Below are positions 1 to 12,712 of a stretch of DNA of 64,000 bases, piece after piece (the stretch's first letter is position 1; each line of letters begins with the position of its first letter). Source of the stretch: Epiperipatus broadwayi (taxonomy: Eukaryota > Animalia > Onychophora); the NCBI GenBank assembly GCA_028023455.1, contig JAQFVV010000009.1, positions 13,764,001-13,828,000 of the forward strand, written 5' to 3'. The notes under the pieces are model-generated. The model was not told the origin of the DNA. It searched no databases and worked only from the letters and a program-made list of their open reading frames with translations. The position numbers and the translations under genes were made by a program.

Positions 1-629
1 AATAGTTTACAAATACCTTAATTATTTTAATCCATTATTATAAACATTAATAATAAATGCTGTACTGTAGTATACAATAATTACATTTTAAATATTTAAA
101 CAAAAAATCAATATAATGATGTTAGTAAATTTATACAAAATAATAATAATTTGTATCTAATAGTTAGAAGATAATCTGTTGTTAAAAATCAAACTTTAAC
201 AATTTTCTTTTTATTTATTTTTTCGTTTTATTTACTGAAAACAGATATGATAATCTTATAAATGATTCTATTTTGTTTTTCAAAGTCTTTATTTTAAATA
301 TTTTTCTGGAATATATTATATACTTTATGCATTTAAGAACATGTTAAAGTAAAATGTAAATATATATTTTCCCAGTCAATAATCATATACACTCATTATA
401 TATATATATATATAAGTAGATTTATAATAATGATAGGAAATATAGTGTTGTATTATTATTATTTGTTTACTTAATCCAACAATAACATTAATTCAAGGAG
501 GCTAGGAGACCTTTATTACCTGATGAATGATATTGCATCCATACTTGTAATTATTATATAATTGTTCAATATAGAGATTTTACTTATTTAAAAAATAATT
601 CTCATTATTAATAAAATTTTGTATTTTAG

Positions 630-761
630 GAATAAAAATAGCATTATGTATACTTTGCTATATGTATAAGAATCCAAGTGTAAGAGCTTTGGCACAAGAT
701 CACAGGAATGATGTGTTGTCTAACACTGTTGCTATAGTTTGTGGCAAAATAGGAAGTTTAG
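630..761 (+). CDS. Internal coding exon of a Mn-type cation diffusion facilitator (MTP-like metal transporter), TM4-TM5 region
   Basis: Acceptor ttttag|GA at 629/630 and donor G|gtaag at 761/762. Translates IKIALCILCYMYKNPSVRALAQDHRNDVLSNTVAIVCGKIGSL. DHRND is the DxxxD TM5 motif of Mn-CDFs. Phase 1 at both ends. Upstream exons lie outside the window. Confidence 0.93.
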
Positions 762-2416
762 GTAAGACTTTAATTTTTATTAGAAAATTATAAAAATTTG
801 AAAATTACAATTAGAAAAAAATGAGAAAATATTTATTTTGAATCTTTTAGCATAGTTATATTTTATTAATCCAAGTTATGGTTAAAATGAAAGGTAAAAG
901 TAATTAATTTAATTACTATTAACATTTATAACTAAATTAATCATTATTATTCTTTAATTTTTCTTCATTTTTTTTTTTAATTTTTCTATCACAGTTAGAT
1001 TTGTAAAGAATTCATCATCATGAAACTTTCGAACCTGCTGTCACCTCTCTACACTAAATGTGTCAATGGATTGTGTACTTTTGTAACCATATTTTCACAC
1101 TCAGCAATTGTGATACCATGGGATTTTTTTCCCCCTAGAGTTAGATTTATATTCATTTATGAAGAAATGCTATTAATGATAATGACTTTATAATAATAGG
1201 CAGGAATATTGAATTTAGAAGTGTTTGTGTGAAATGTAATTAAACCAGTATCATTATTATAAAATTTACTCCAATTGAATTTAAAAATATCTTCATGAAA
1301 ATCATCAAAAAAACTATTATAGAAAAGAGTTGAAAAAAAAAGTGCTGGCCTAAAGAAAGATAATTTGTCCAAAAATATTATTGTTATATTAAAATAAATA
1401 AATTCCCAAATTAAAAGATTATAGTAAGCAATAGCAGATGATCAAGTATATCTTTTTTTGCTAGTTACTCCCTACCTTTGGGAAAATAATTTTACTTATG
1501 TTTCATATAATGTATGTAGTATATAGTTGTAGCAGCATTATGATTATTGGGCATGAAATATGAACTAAAGCTGAAAATTTTAGTAAACATCCCAAAAATT
1601 TTGAAGCAAGATCTGAATGGATTTCAGATTTTAAAGAACAGAATTCCTTAAAATTGTGTAAAACTTTGAAAATAATACTTAAAACTTTGAAAATAATACT
1701 GTATTCAAGACTGAAAGTGCAAATAAAACATTTTTAATATTGATCAAATAGACTTGTTTTTCAAGAACACCTTTTACAAAATCTTTATGATTAAAACTTT
1801 CATATTATGAAGTTAAAATGTTTTAAACCAGAGACAATTCTTACCAAAACAAATATGGATAGGTTAATAAAATATACTTTTAATAATTGTGACAATGTCT
1901 AAACCTAGATGTGTTTGGGGGTTTTTTTCAGGGGGGGGGGGGCACTGTTGTATGAATTAAATTAGCTTTTTTTTAATTTGTCAGGACCTAAACTTATTTT
2001 AATGAATACAGTGCTTTCTTTGATATGTGCAGCATGGTGAGTAATTATTGAAATTACCATTTTACTGATCCACCAAAGAAAAAAATTTAACTAGAATATT
2101 TATTTTAAATATTAAAAAAATTTAAAAATTATAATTGTTATTAATATAATTAAAAATTCATTTAATTCTTTATATAGATAATCTTTTTCCTTAAAATTAA
2201 ATTGTTTTGGAGTGGATTGAATATGACTTAACTAAAAAAAAAGTTCTTCATTATATTAAACGAATTTTCCTGCTAAATGAATAAAATAGCCCAATGCATC
2301 AAGTTCTCCCTAAACTAAACAATAGCCAGATGATGAGTGTTTTGTTTGCAAGTTAATAATAACTAGATACCCATTTGGAAACAGGTTGATTGTGAACTCA
2401 ACTCCATATCTTACTT

Positions 2417-4707
2417 AACATATTTATAAAAAAAGGAATTATTAAAAATAATTGTAAATGGTCCAACACGTCTATATTTTTAAGCTTATCAGATATGTTC
2501 TCTGCTAATAAGTTAAAGCAGAGCCAGATTGCTATTGTTTTACCGAATGTTAAATTTTACTAATGTATTAATGATCATCCTGCTTTGTATTTTATTTTTA
2601 AGAACAAGAGAGTCAAACTGATTAGACACCAAGATCAGCAGAGAAAATCTGATTTTATTTTTGATTTGTGTTTTTTAGTTTTGATCTTTTGTCAAGGAAA
2701 AGCGAGAGAAACTTTCCTTGTCAAAAGTGAAAATTGATGAAATGGAACTCCTTAATCAGTCAAGGTGGTCTGAGTGAAAACCAAGATAAAAATTAAAAAT
2801 AAAATTTAAAGATTAAAATAAGTGATAGGAAATACTAAGGTGTACAAAGCTGCATGCATAGTTTTAATCCATTAGCCATGAAAGTAGAATTGGCTGACGC
2901 AACAGTTAGAAGGGGGTACACAAATTTATACTGTAATGAGTGTGCTATAGCTGTTCACCGAGTGCTGAGGGGGGTTACTAATGTAGAATCGTAGAGAGAA
3001 GCATTAATATAGAGAATAATTTAATACAGAAGGGTAAATAATATAGAATCGTAGAGAGAAGAGAATAATCTAATATAGAATGAGAGAAATGTCATCGAAA
3101 ACCTCAGTTTGATAATACATCATCTGATATAGAAGAGACAAGCAAGGGGGCTTTTTCTTGCATGGTTTCAGTGCCAGGTTGTTCATCTGACTAATGATTG
3201 TTAGCTATAAGCTTCCGAAGCTGGTTAATAAGGCCGTATCTCCGAGAGAGACGCTGATCGTCCAATATAAAAGAAATAAGCAAAAAAGGAACAGAGCTGA
3301 GCTTGGCTTCAAATCAGAGTCTCACAAAAAGCTATATAAGAGAAGTAACAGTCTGCTGAAGCTGTCCTAATGAATAAAATATTGGTAGAAACCTAAAGAA
3401 AATGAAAATGTCTATATTAGTCAGTGTGATGAACATGGAGTGTAAGCCCATGTCAATGCACCAGCCCAACTCCTTCCAAGCCATCACCATGTAGCTATTA
3501 ATACCAGCTGATGAAGATGATCATATAAATGCCTACATCTTGCTGAAGTGAAGAGAAGTCCTCATTACCCTGTTGTCCAGTTGTGTAGCGCACTCTGAAA
3601 CCCTGAAGTCCAGATGGAGAAGTCTGATGGAGAAATCTGAAGATGCCAGATTGTATAATTTCTTTTATTCATTTATCATTTTATTTGAATATTACTTACA
3701 TGCTTTAACAAAAATTAAAAAAAAAGAATCTTATTGATATATGTATTTTGGTACAGTACATGTATGTTGAATTGTTTATCCGCAAAACGCGAGATTGTTT
3801 CCTGCTTTAGGTTTAAATTGCCTAGATGAGTTTTATTTTGTTATTGCTTATAACACATATATACGCATATATAGCATGAAGAAATGTAAATTGATTTAAA
3901 TTATAGTTTTGCTTTTCTCTCCACATGTGCTTGATTTATATACAAGTGCATGCTTATAAAATTTTTAAGTTGTGGAAAGTTATGCGTAAATAGACATATG
4001 TGTATAACCATATTTTTTTGGTGTTATATAATATAACCGTAATGCTTCATGTATGCATGTGTGGGTAGAAGTTCAGACAACTTCGCAATAACGGAGGGAA
4101 TTCCATATCTAAATTGAATATTTTTCTTAATTTTTTTTTCGTATTATAATGCTGGGGGTTTTAGAGAATGTATTTTTCTTTATGTATATAAATGGTGACG
4201 GGTTGTCTGGGGTAAATAAATATTTGTTTTTGTTTTATAAATTATGTCTTCAAGAGTGTCTCATTTATTTTTTTCTCTCTCCAATAATACTAAATACATT
4301 TTACGATAGTGGCTTAATCCACCAGTAACCTGAGATAATTATTGGGGGAGTTAGAATTTTGCTGTCGTGCGGATATCTTTATTTGGTTATTTCATATTTT
4401 GTTTTCCAGAAGTGGCACATAAAGGCCACATTCAAATTCGGCCCTTTCAAAGATATGCAATGACTAACGCACTGATATCTATAAGCCGGACAATAGAGTT
4501 TTAACAAGGAAGAGATTAAGAAATATAACTAGCTTTGGTTTGATCTCATTTAAAAATTCAACAGGTTAACTTTAAGATATCATATACAGAGTTTATTATT
4601 GAATTTGTAAGGATGCCGTATACTCTGATGCGCGACAGTCAGTTCATGTTTGGTCCCATGTGCGTGGTAAGAATCTACAGGGTATAGGGGAGGCGTCAAC
4701 CAGTACA
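2417..4707 (+). repeat. 5' LTR, lacking about 370 bp at its 5' end
   Basis: Collinear with 8010-10297 from aacatatttataaaaaa onward and ends ...cagtaCA. Many substitutions and indels relative to the 3' LTR. Confidence 0.85.
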
Positions 4708-4714
4708 GAAGAAT

Positions 4715-4734
4715 TGGCGCCAAACATGTAGGGC
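4715..4734 (+). promoter_or_regulatory. Primer-binding site, tRNA-Lys-like
   Basis: TGGCGCCAAACATGTAGGGC 8 nt after the LTR end resembles the complement of the tRNA-Lys 3' end (TGGCGCCCAACGTGGGGC). Confidence 0.6.
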
Positions 4735-5223
4735 CTGATTCAACGCGTCCAGCATAGCAAAAAAAAAATTACATATATTAAAAATTAAATAAAAGGATTA
4801 GTTGGAGAGAGAGATGAGATGTTGTGTATATATATGAAGACCATATAAATGTAAAATGGTTGGAGGACTTCCAGTCAATTTGTTAGTTGATTTTGTTATT
4901 TAAGAAAAAGAGAAAAGGGCGATAACGGAGATGGAGATTTTTTTTTAATATTAGAATATATATTAAAGTTTTGTTTCGATTTGATTTGTTTCTTGTTGAG
5001 ATAAAATCACAGACATAGATAAAAATATAGAATAGCTAGAGCGTAGGTTGTAGGAGATAGATAAATGGTGAGTGGAATAGGATGGAGTTAGGTGCAGTTT
5101 CAAAAATTTTGTTATTGATAATAAGAGACATGTATTAATTGTATAAAATTGCGGCAAGGCAATTTAAGAGTATTTAATAAAAACAGGGTGTCTTACGTGT
5201 TGACAAAATCGTGCTCTAGAAAA

Positions 5224-6530
5224 ATGGAGCAATATCATATATGTGAAAAGGATGATACTGCAAATGGAGAAGCAGTGGAAAAAAAATTAGACAGAAAGGC
5301 AGGCATGAAATAGAAACAGGTAGTGATCAGCAAGAGGAGGAAAAACAAAGGAGAAAGTGAGGGCTTAATGGTAGTGGTGACCAAACTAATGAGTAATATA
5401 TCACAACAGATAAATGACATGAGGAGTGATATGTGACAAAAGATGAATGAGATGAAGGGTAGATCTGATAATTTGGCACAAAATATAGAGAAATATGTCA
5501 CACAAAAGATGAATGACATGAGGGATGATATAGCAAAGGATATGTCTCAAAAGCTGAATGACATGGATGAAATATCGCAAGAAATGGAAGCAAGGCTTCA
5601 AAGTATAGAGGAGATAGCAAGGAAAAATGAGATATGCAGGGACCTTTTTCAAAGCACCAGTAATAAGGTAGAAGAAGTAGAGACCAAGCAACAGTTAATG
5701 AAAGAAAAGTACAAGGACTTGTGACAAGATGTCAACCAAAAGATTGAAGAAGTGGTAAAAGGCTGTGTTGGCAAAATGAAAAAGCTGGAATAGCTGTTAG
5801 TAGAAAATGATAGTAAGATAGAAAGTTTACAGCAGAATTTCTGAGGCAGAATTTCTGAGAGTTGGTCAGCAAGATTGAGCAATATATGACTGAACCCCCA
5901 TTCATCAATGCCATTAAAGAGGAGCAGACTGCAAGGATGGACAAAATCGAGATCTGGGTGAGCAAAAACAAAGAAAGCATGACTAAAATCCATAGAACAA
6001 TAAATAAATTGGATGAAAAAGTTAAGGACCTCAACATAACAAAGAATGAGAAAGCAGTAGCAAAAGGGGGGGGGGGTAACAGAAGTAAAAGGAATAAAGG
6101 AATGGGAAGTTAAGGATGCTGCTAGCAAGACTAGTCAGGAGCATAGGGATCATGATATAGAAAAAAAAAGCTATTCTTGGGAGAATAAATTAGAGATAGG
6201 AAAGGATAGGTCCTCTCAGTCAAAGGTGAATCAGTTCCTAAAGATCAGAGTATTCCAGGGACAAACTGGGGAGACTTCCATAGAACAACTGAATAGCCTG
6301 GAAAAATATTTTCAGATAAACCGGATACCTGAACCAAGCAAGTTAGCCATTGCATGTAATCATCTACAAGAGGATGCACAGTCACGGTGAGACTCCTTAT
6401 TTCACTATCTGCCACATTTGAGGGCTACAGAGAAGCTCTGTTAAGATACTTCTGGAGTGAAGAGCACCAGGAGACCATGTTATACCAGATGATGCAGGAG
6501 AAGTACAAGACAAATGGGGGTGAATAATTT
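5224..6530 (+). pseudogene. gag: Decayed gypsy gag (N-terminal coiled coil plus capsid domain)
   Basis: ATG at 5224 is in frame with the 5443-5724 coiled-coil ORF but interrupted by stops. Later segments read LKIRVFQGQTGETSIEQLNSLEKYFQINRIPEPSKLAIACNHLQEDAQSR* and RYFWSEEHQETMLYQMMQEKY, matching the F.G...LE.YF...A...L...A..W...FWS...Q capsid pattern. Confidence 0.75.
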
Positions 6531-7625
6531 TTCCAAGTTCTTTAGATGGGCATGCTAAATGTGTGCAACACATCAGAGGATCAGATTGTGAGGATAATCT
6601 ACCTTTTCAGATTAAGCAGATATTATGGCCAATATAGAACCAGTGACAGAGCTTTTAAACACTGGATATAAGTCAGCAAGAACAACCACCTGATGAAGTT
6701 AGAGAGGACATAGGCATTAATGCTATGAGGTGGGGTAGGAATAGGACTACCTATATGAATGACCTTTTGGCATAGGAAGACCAGACCTAGAAGCCCCAGT
6801 CCAGTGCTATACATTGACCCTGTTGGAAATAAGATCGATGAACTGTTATACGGAGGAAGGGAAAGGAGCCCAGGCCACCTTTGCCTAGGTCAGCATGTAG
6901 TAAAAGCTAGTGTTAAGTGTAGAGAATAATTGGAGCCAGTCAGTCATGTCGTTTGATGGTTGGGGATGTGGACTTGTAGTTTTCCATGTATTATGTATAT
7001 GGGTTGGTCTGTGTTGGTATTTTTTTTACTCTAGTGTTGGAGATGATGAGAGTTCAGAGGGGTTGCTGGAGATCTCTGTGTAGTTAGGAATTTCTGTGGC
7101 ACTATGGCAAATTATATATTCGAACACAAAAAGGTGTATGGGAGTGATGATAAATTCCTGTATGACCAACACTTTGTGAAGCATACATGTTACGACAAAG
7201 GAAGCTGGCATGGTGCAGCTCTTGGTTAAGAGAGATACCCTTAATCTGAGAATGCAAAAGATCCTGTAAGCCTCCAATAAGAAATGAGCATGGATGCATT
7301 TACTTTATATTCATATTTTAATTACTTTGCATAGTTGTTGTAGGATTCTAGATAAAATAGGGATCTTTATGCCAATGCTCTGTGTCTCTTATTGTTTCTA
7401 TCTTGGGGATTGGGAAATGGTGTAGTCTTAGCCTGGCATTTTAATGCTTGGTGGATGAAGGTTTGCATCTCTGGCAGTTAGGTGTTATGTCTGTTGTATA
7501 CTAATGATTATGACAGAGGGAGAAATATAAATACATATGAATATTTTTATTTTTGTTGTCCTAGAGTTAAAGTGTAGTTGGCTAGTGAAGACATTAAATG
7601 GTTAATCCCATGTCAATGTCTTAAT

Positions 7626-7638
7626 AGAAATGGGGGGG
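7626..7638 (+). promoter_or_regulatory. Polypurine tract
   Basis: AGAAATGGGGGGG lies 3 nt before the TGTGACAGG start of the 3' LTR. Confidence 0.7.
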
Positions 7639-7641
7639 TAT

Positions 7642-10297
7642 TGTGACAGGCATTCTTGGAGTGACACACACAAGGTGGCTGTAGCTAAAGCTACAATTGA
7701 TTATATATAGAAAATATTAGAATTAATTATATATAGAAAATATTAGTGTGTATTAATTTAAATTATATTTTATCACTATTATAATAAGAAGTCTGGTACG
7801 AACTATATAAACGTATTGTGAAACGAATGATGATAGTCTGTATATATCTTACCCACACGCAAGAGTAAATTAAATATTCAAACTTATAATTTGTAATTTT
7901 ATGTGTGTTATAATTATATTGTATATGCGAGTAATATTTTTATGTATTATTTTTAACTGTTGCAAATATTTCACATTTGCAAATTTGTAAAAGTTTGTTT
8001 ATATGTTGGAACATATTTATAAAAAAGGGAATAATTAAAAATAATTGTAAATGGTCCAACCCATCTATATTTTTTAAGTTTATCAGATATGATGTCTGCT
8101 AATTTATTAAAGCAAAGTCAGGTTGCTATTGTTTTACCGAATGTTAAATTTTATTATTGTATTAATGGTCATCCTGCTTTGTATTTTATTTTTAAGAACA
8201 AGAGAGTCTGAGGCATTTAAATGCCAAGATCAGCAGAGAAAATCTTTTTATTTTTGATTTGTGTTTTTTAGTTTTGATCTTTTGTCTGGGAAAAGCGAGA
8301 GAAACTGTCTTTTGTGTCAAAAGTGAAAATTGATTAAATGGTACTCCTTAATCAATCAAGGTGGTCTGAATAAAAACCAAGATGAAAATTAAAGATAAAA
8401 TTTAAAGATTAGAATAAGTGATAGAAAATACTAAGGTATAAAAAGCTATATGCATAGTTCCAATCCCTTATCCACGAAGGTAGAGTTGGCTGCTGCAATA
8501 GTTCCAGGTGGGGTACTCAAATTCATAGGGTAATGAGTGTGCTATATAAACTGTTCACCATATGCTGAGGGCGGTTACTAATGTAGAATTGTAGAGAAAA
8601 GCATTAGTATAGAGAATAATTTAATACAGAAGGGTGAATAATATAGAATCGTAGAGAGAAGCATTAATGAAGAGAATAATCTAATAAAGAATGAGAGAAA
8701 TGTCATAAAGAACCATAGAGATTAATAATACTTCATCTGATATAGAAAAGACAAGCAAGGAGGTTTTTTTTTTGTGTGCTTACAGAAGTGTTGCATTGGT
8801 GCGCCAACTTCTGTTCATCTGGCTGATGATTGTTGTTAGCTATAAGCTGCAGAGACTGGTTAATAAGGCTATATCTCAGAGAGAGACACTGATCATCCAA
8901 TGTAAAAGAAATAAGCAAAAAAGGAACAGAGCTGAGCTTGGCTTCAAATCAGAATCCCACAAAAGCTATATAACAGAAGTGGCAATCTGCTGAAGCTGTC
9001 CTAAGAAAGAAAACATTGGTAGGAACCTAAAGAAAATGAAAATGTTACATTAGTCAGTGTGACGAACATGGAGTAGAAAGAAACCCATGTCTTGCACCAG
9101 TCTGACTCTTTCCAAGCTATCACTATATAGCTACTAATACCACCTGAGGAAGATGATCGCGCCCTATTGTCCAGTTGTGTAGTGCACTCAGAAACCCTGA
9201 AGTTCAGATGGAGAAGTCTGAAGATGCCGGATGGTATAATTTCTTTTATTCATTTATTATTTTATTTGAATATTATTTATATGCTTTAATTAAAAAAAAA
9301 AAAAAGGAATCTTAATTGATATATGTATTTTTGATACAATAGATGTATGTCGAGTTGTTTATCCACAAAGTGCGGGATTGTTTCATATGAAACCATCCTA
9401 CCAAATTAGGTTTAAATTGCCTTGATATATGTACGTGTTTTCTTTCATTTTGTTATTGCTTATAGCACTTATATGTGTATAGCATAAAGAAATGTAAATT
9501 GATTTAAATTATAGTTTTGCTTTTGTCTCTACATGTGCTTATTTATATACAAATGCACTTCTTATAAAATGTTTAAATTGTGGAATGTTAGGCGTAAATA
9601 GACATATGTGTATAACAATATTTTTTGATATTATATACATGGGTAGGTCGAAGTTCAAAACATTTCACTCAAGGGTATTTATATGAAAATAAGAGAGGGA
9701 GTTCCATATCTAAATTGAATATTGTTCTTAATATTCTTTTCATATTATATTGCTGGGGGGTTCAGAGAATGAATTTTTCTTTATGTATATAAATGGTGAC
9801 GTGTTGTTATGTCTTCACAAGTGCCTCATTTATTTTTTTCCCCAATAATACTAAATACATTTTAATCCACCAGTAGCCTGAAATAATTATTGGGAAGTTA
9901 GAATTTTGCTGTCATGCGGATATCTTTCTTTATTTGGTTAATTCATATGTTTCGTTGGTAGTTGTATGTCCTTTCAGGAGGAGTTTTCTCTTTCTGGAAG
10001 TGAGCACATAAAGGCCAGGTTCAAATTCGCCTTTCGAAGGTATGCGACGGCCAATGCACTGATATCCATAGGCAGGGCAATAGAGTTTTAACAAGGTACA
10101 GATCAGTAAATATAACCAACATTGGTTTGATCTCTCTCATTTAAAAAATTCAATAGGTTAACTTTAAGGTATCATATACAGAGTTTATTATTGAATTTGT
10201 AATGATGCTGTACTCTGATGCATGACAGTCATTTCATGTTCGGTTTTGTGTGCATGGTAAGAATTCACAGGGTGTAGGGGAAGCATTGACCGATACA
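7642..10297 (+). repeat. 3' LTR, complete, about 2.65 kb, TG...CA
   Basis: Starts TGTGAC after the PPT and ends cgataCA at the point where similarity to the 5' LTR stops. Confidence 0.85.
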
Positions 10298-11002
10298 GTA
10301 TGTATGCATGTATTTACTGTCACAATTGCTAGGTAAAACTTTCAAAAAAAAATTGCATTTCAGTCAAGTTCAGGATTTGTTTGTTTGGTGCATGTTGAGG
10401 GGAGAGATAATCAACACAACTGATTATCAAATATTTATCAGTAAATAGGTATCTAACTAAGAATAAACAAAAATGGAAAACACAACTTTGTCAACAAACA
10501 ATTATTAATCATGGTTAGTATAACCTTCTCCACTATTTCTCTAAGAATAAGCTTTTGAAAAAGCTTTTATCTGTAGTTTTTTTTTCTTTTTATCTATATA
10601 TGTGTCAATATGTTATTTATGGATAGCTTAATTTTTTACAGGAATTAAGTTAGTTAATCTAAATTTTTGTAAATATAACTGCAATATTTTTTTTTATATT
10701 TATTAAAAAACAAAAGAAAAATAATTTTACTGTGAAATATATTATATAATTTTTTTAAAATGAATTTTAGTATTTAAAAAAAAAAAGATCTCTATATTAA
10801 TTCCTATTTGTTCTTTCTGCATAAATCCAATTTTTAATTCAGGAGGAACAAGAAACTAATATATTTATACATTTAGCATTTAATATTCATTAACATAGAG
10901 GCTAAACTTTCCATACAGTAGCTCCACTCAGTGCAAGCCAGAGTACTCAATGGATGAACAAAGGTTTTTGCATCAAATCCCTATCTAGTACCTACTTATC
11001 CA

Positions 11003-12662
11003 TGGAGATGAGTAGGAATTCAGGTAGATCGTTATATATGAGTTTTATAGGTGTAGAGAAAGCATATGATAGAGTAATGGTAAGGTTAGCCAATTTGGGT
11101 ATGGATGAAGCTTTAGTAAATATTATTAAGAAATTATATGAAAATAATTATTATACTTACCAGTTAGGGGATATAGAATCAGTTAAAGTTAAAAATGGGG
11201 TGGGATTAAGGCAAGGATGCCCTATATCACCTATTTTTTTGTTGTTGTTTTTGAGTGAAATGGAGAAAGCAATAGAAAGACTAGGAAGAGGGGTAGAGAT
11301 ACCATTAATAGGTGGCAAGGGAGTATATATTTTGTCGGATCTTTTTTTTTTTGCAGATGATATCTTTTTGTGTGCAGAAAGAAGAGAAGATATGGAAATT
11401 ATGTTGAGGACATGTGCAAGGGTGGGTAAAGAGATGGGGATTAAATTTTGTGAAGAAAAATCAAATATAACGATGGTTAATACTAGGGAAAGAGAAGATG
11501 TAGAATTTTTATTGGGGGATATAAAGTTAAGTGTGGTGGATAGATATATGTATTTGGGAATCATCTTATGTAATCAGGAAAATTGCTTGGATGAATGGGA
11601 GAAAAAAATGATAAATGAAGCAAAGAAAAGAAAGGGTTTGATAAAGAAACTAAGAGTATTTTCATATAATAAATATGATGTAGCTAGAATAGTATGGAAG
11701 GGAGTTGCAGTAGCAGGGTTAACATATGGTAATGATGCATTATGTGTTAGTAAAAGGGTTTTAGATTATTTAGAGAAAGTACAAAGGGAAGTAGGAAGAC
11801 ATGCATTAGATGCAGAGATGTGGACAGCAAAGGAGGCAATTCAAGGAGAAATGGGATGGTCAAGTTTTTATATGAGAGATGCAAAAAGTAAAATGCAAAT
11901 GTTTGGTAGGTTGCAGTTTATGGATAGTAAAGGAATAGCAAAAATAGTGTTCAATTGGGTTATGAGTAAAGGGCAGGTAACAAGATGAGTGAGAAAGGTA
12001 ATGCGGTATGTGGAAGATTTGGATAAAGAATTTATATCAGTATACTTGTATAAAAGGTGGGATGATTGTGTTAGTAGGATTGTTGAGTGTTATAGTGGTA
12101 AGGAATGTGATAAAAGAATAGAAGCATTAATAAAAAATAGGGAGTTGGAGAGATGGAGAACTAATATGGAAGGTAAGAAGAGTTTAAATATATATAGAAG
12201 TAAACGGAATATTGGATGCGAGTTAATTTATGATAATAGTAAGGAAAGTAGTTTATTATTTAAGGCTCGAACATGATCTTTAGCAACAAGAGAATATACA
12301 TGTAAATGGAAAATCATGGATAATTTAGGGTGCTGATTGTGTAAGGAAGGTATAGAAAAATATTAGGCACCTGTTGATTGAATGTAAATGCTTGAAAGCA
12401 GAAAGGATATAGATAATGAAGTTGAGGATAGACATGAACAAAGTGACTATACAGAAAGTGAGTTATTAGTTTTTATGTTGGGTTTGCGAAGAGATAAGGG
12501 GGATTTAGATATAAAGGCCATAGAGTTGACAAAGTTTATGTTGTGGAAATGGGATGGGGCAGAATATGGGAAGACTTAAGAGTGGGGAATGGAGAATAAA
12601 ATGGCTAACAGGTTTATCTGGGCATAATTGCTGAGATATTCGTGACTTCGTTTAAGGAGAAG
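11003..12662 (+). mobile_element. 5'-truncated non-LTR retrotransposon (LINE): RT, thumb and C-terminal CCHC knuckle, pseudogenised; clade possibly RTE-X-like
   Basis: RT motifs FIGVEKAYDRV, GLRQGCPISP, FFADDI and YMYLGI. In-frame stops at 11986 and 12274. A frameshifted C-x2-C...H-LLIE-C motif lies near 12330-12385. Clade assignment is from memory and uncertain. Confidence 0.9.
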
Positions 12663-12663
12663 C

Positions 12664-12712
12664 CAAATAGACTAGTTTCTACCTCTTGGCTTTCATCAGT
12701 GAGGAGCCTTGG
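12664..12712 (-). ncRNA. Hammerhead motif with intact core and disrupted stem I
   Basis: Minus strand reads TCCAAGGCTCCTCA-CTGATGA-A-AGC-CAAGA-GGT-A-GAAA-CTAGTC-TATTTGG. Confidence 0.55.

Larger units (their letters stand above)
2417..10297 (+). mobile_element. Degenerate Ty3/gypsy-type LTR retrotransposon, gag-only and non-autonomous, in intron 1
   Basis: Two long direct repeats, a tRNA-Lys-like PBS after the first, a polypurine tract before the second, and a decayed gag between them. No recognisable RT, RNase H or integrase core in the 2.9-kb interior. Confidence 0.85.

Noticed and set aside
1157-1372. 71-aa minus-strand ORF
   Set aside because: Non-ATG start, AT-driven composition and no recognisable family motif.
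5235-6128. Minus-strand ORFs of 94-159 aa
   Set aside because: They are antisense shadows of the purine-rich gag coiled-coil region.
7030-7270. Possible env or accessory ORF before the PPT
   Set aside because: Only short, stop-interrupted frames with no diagnostic motif.
8772-8993. 73-aa ORF in the 3' LTR
   Set aside because: The frame is not maintained in the 5' LTR copy, the start is non-ATG and no homology is evident.
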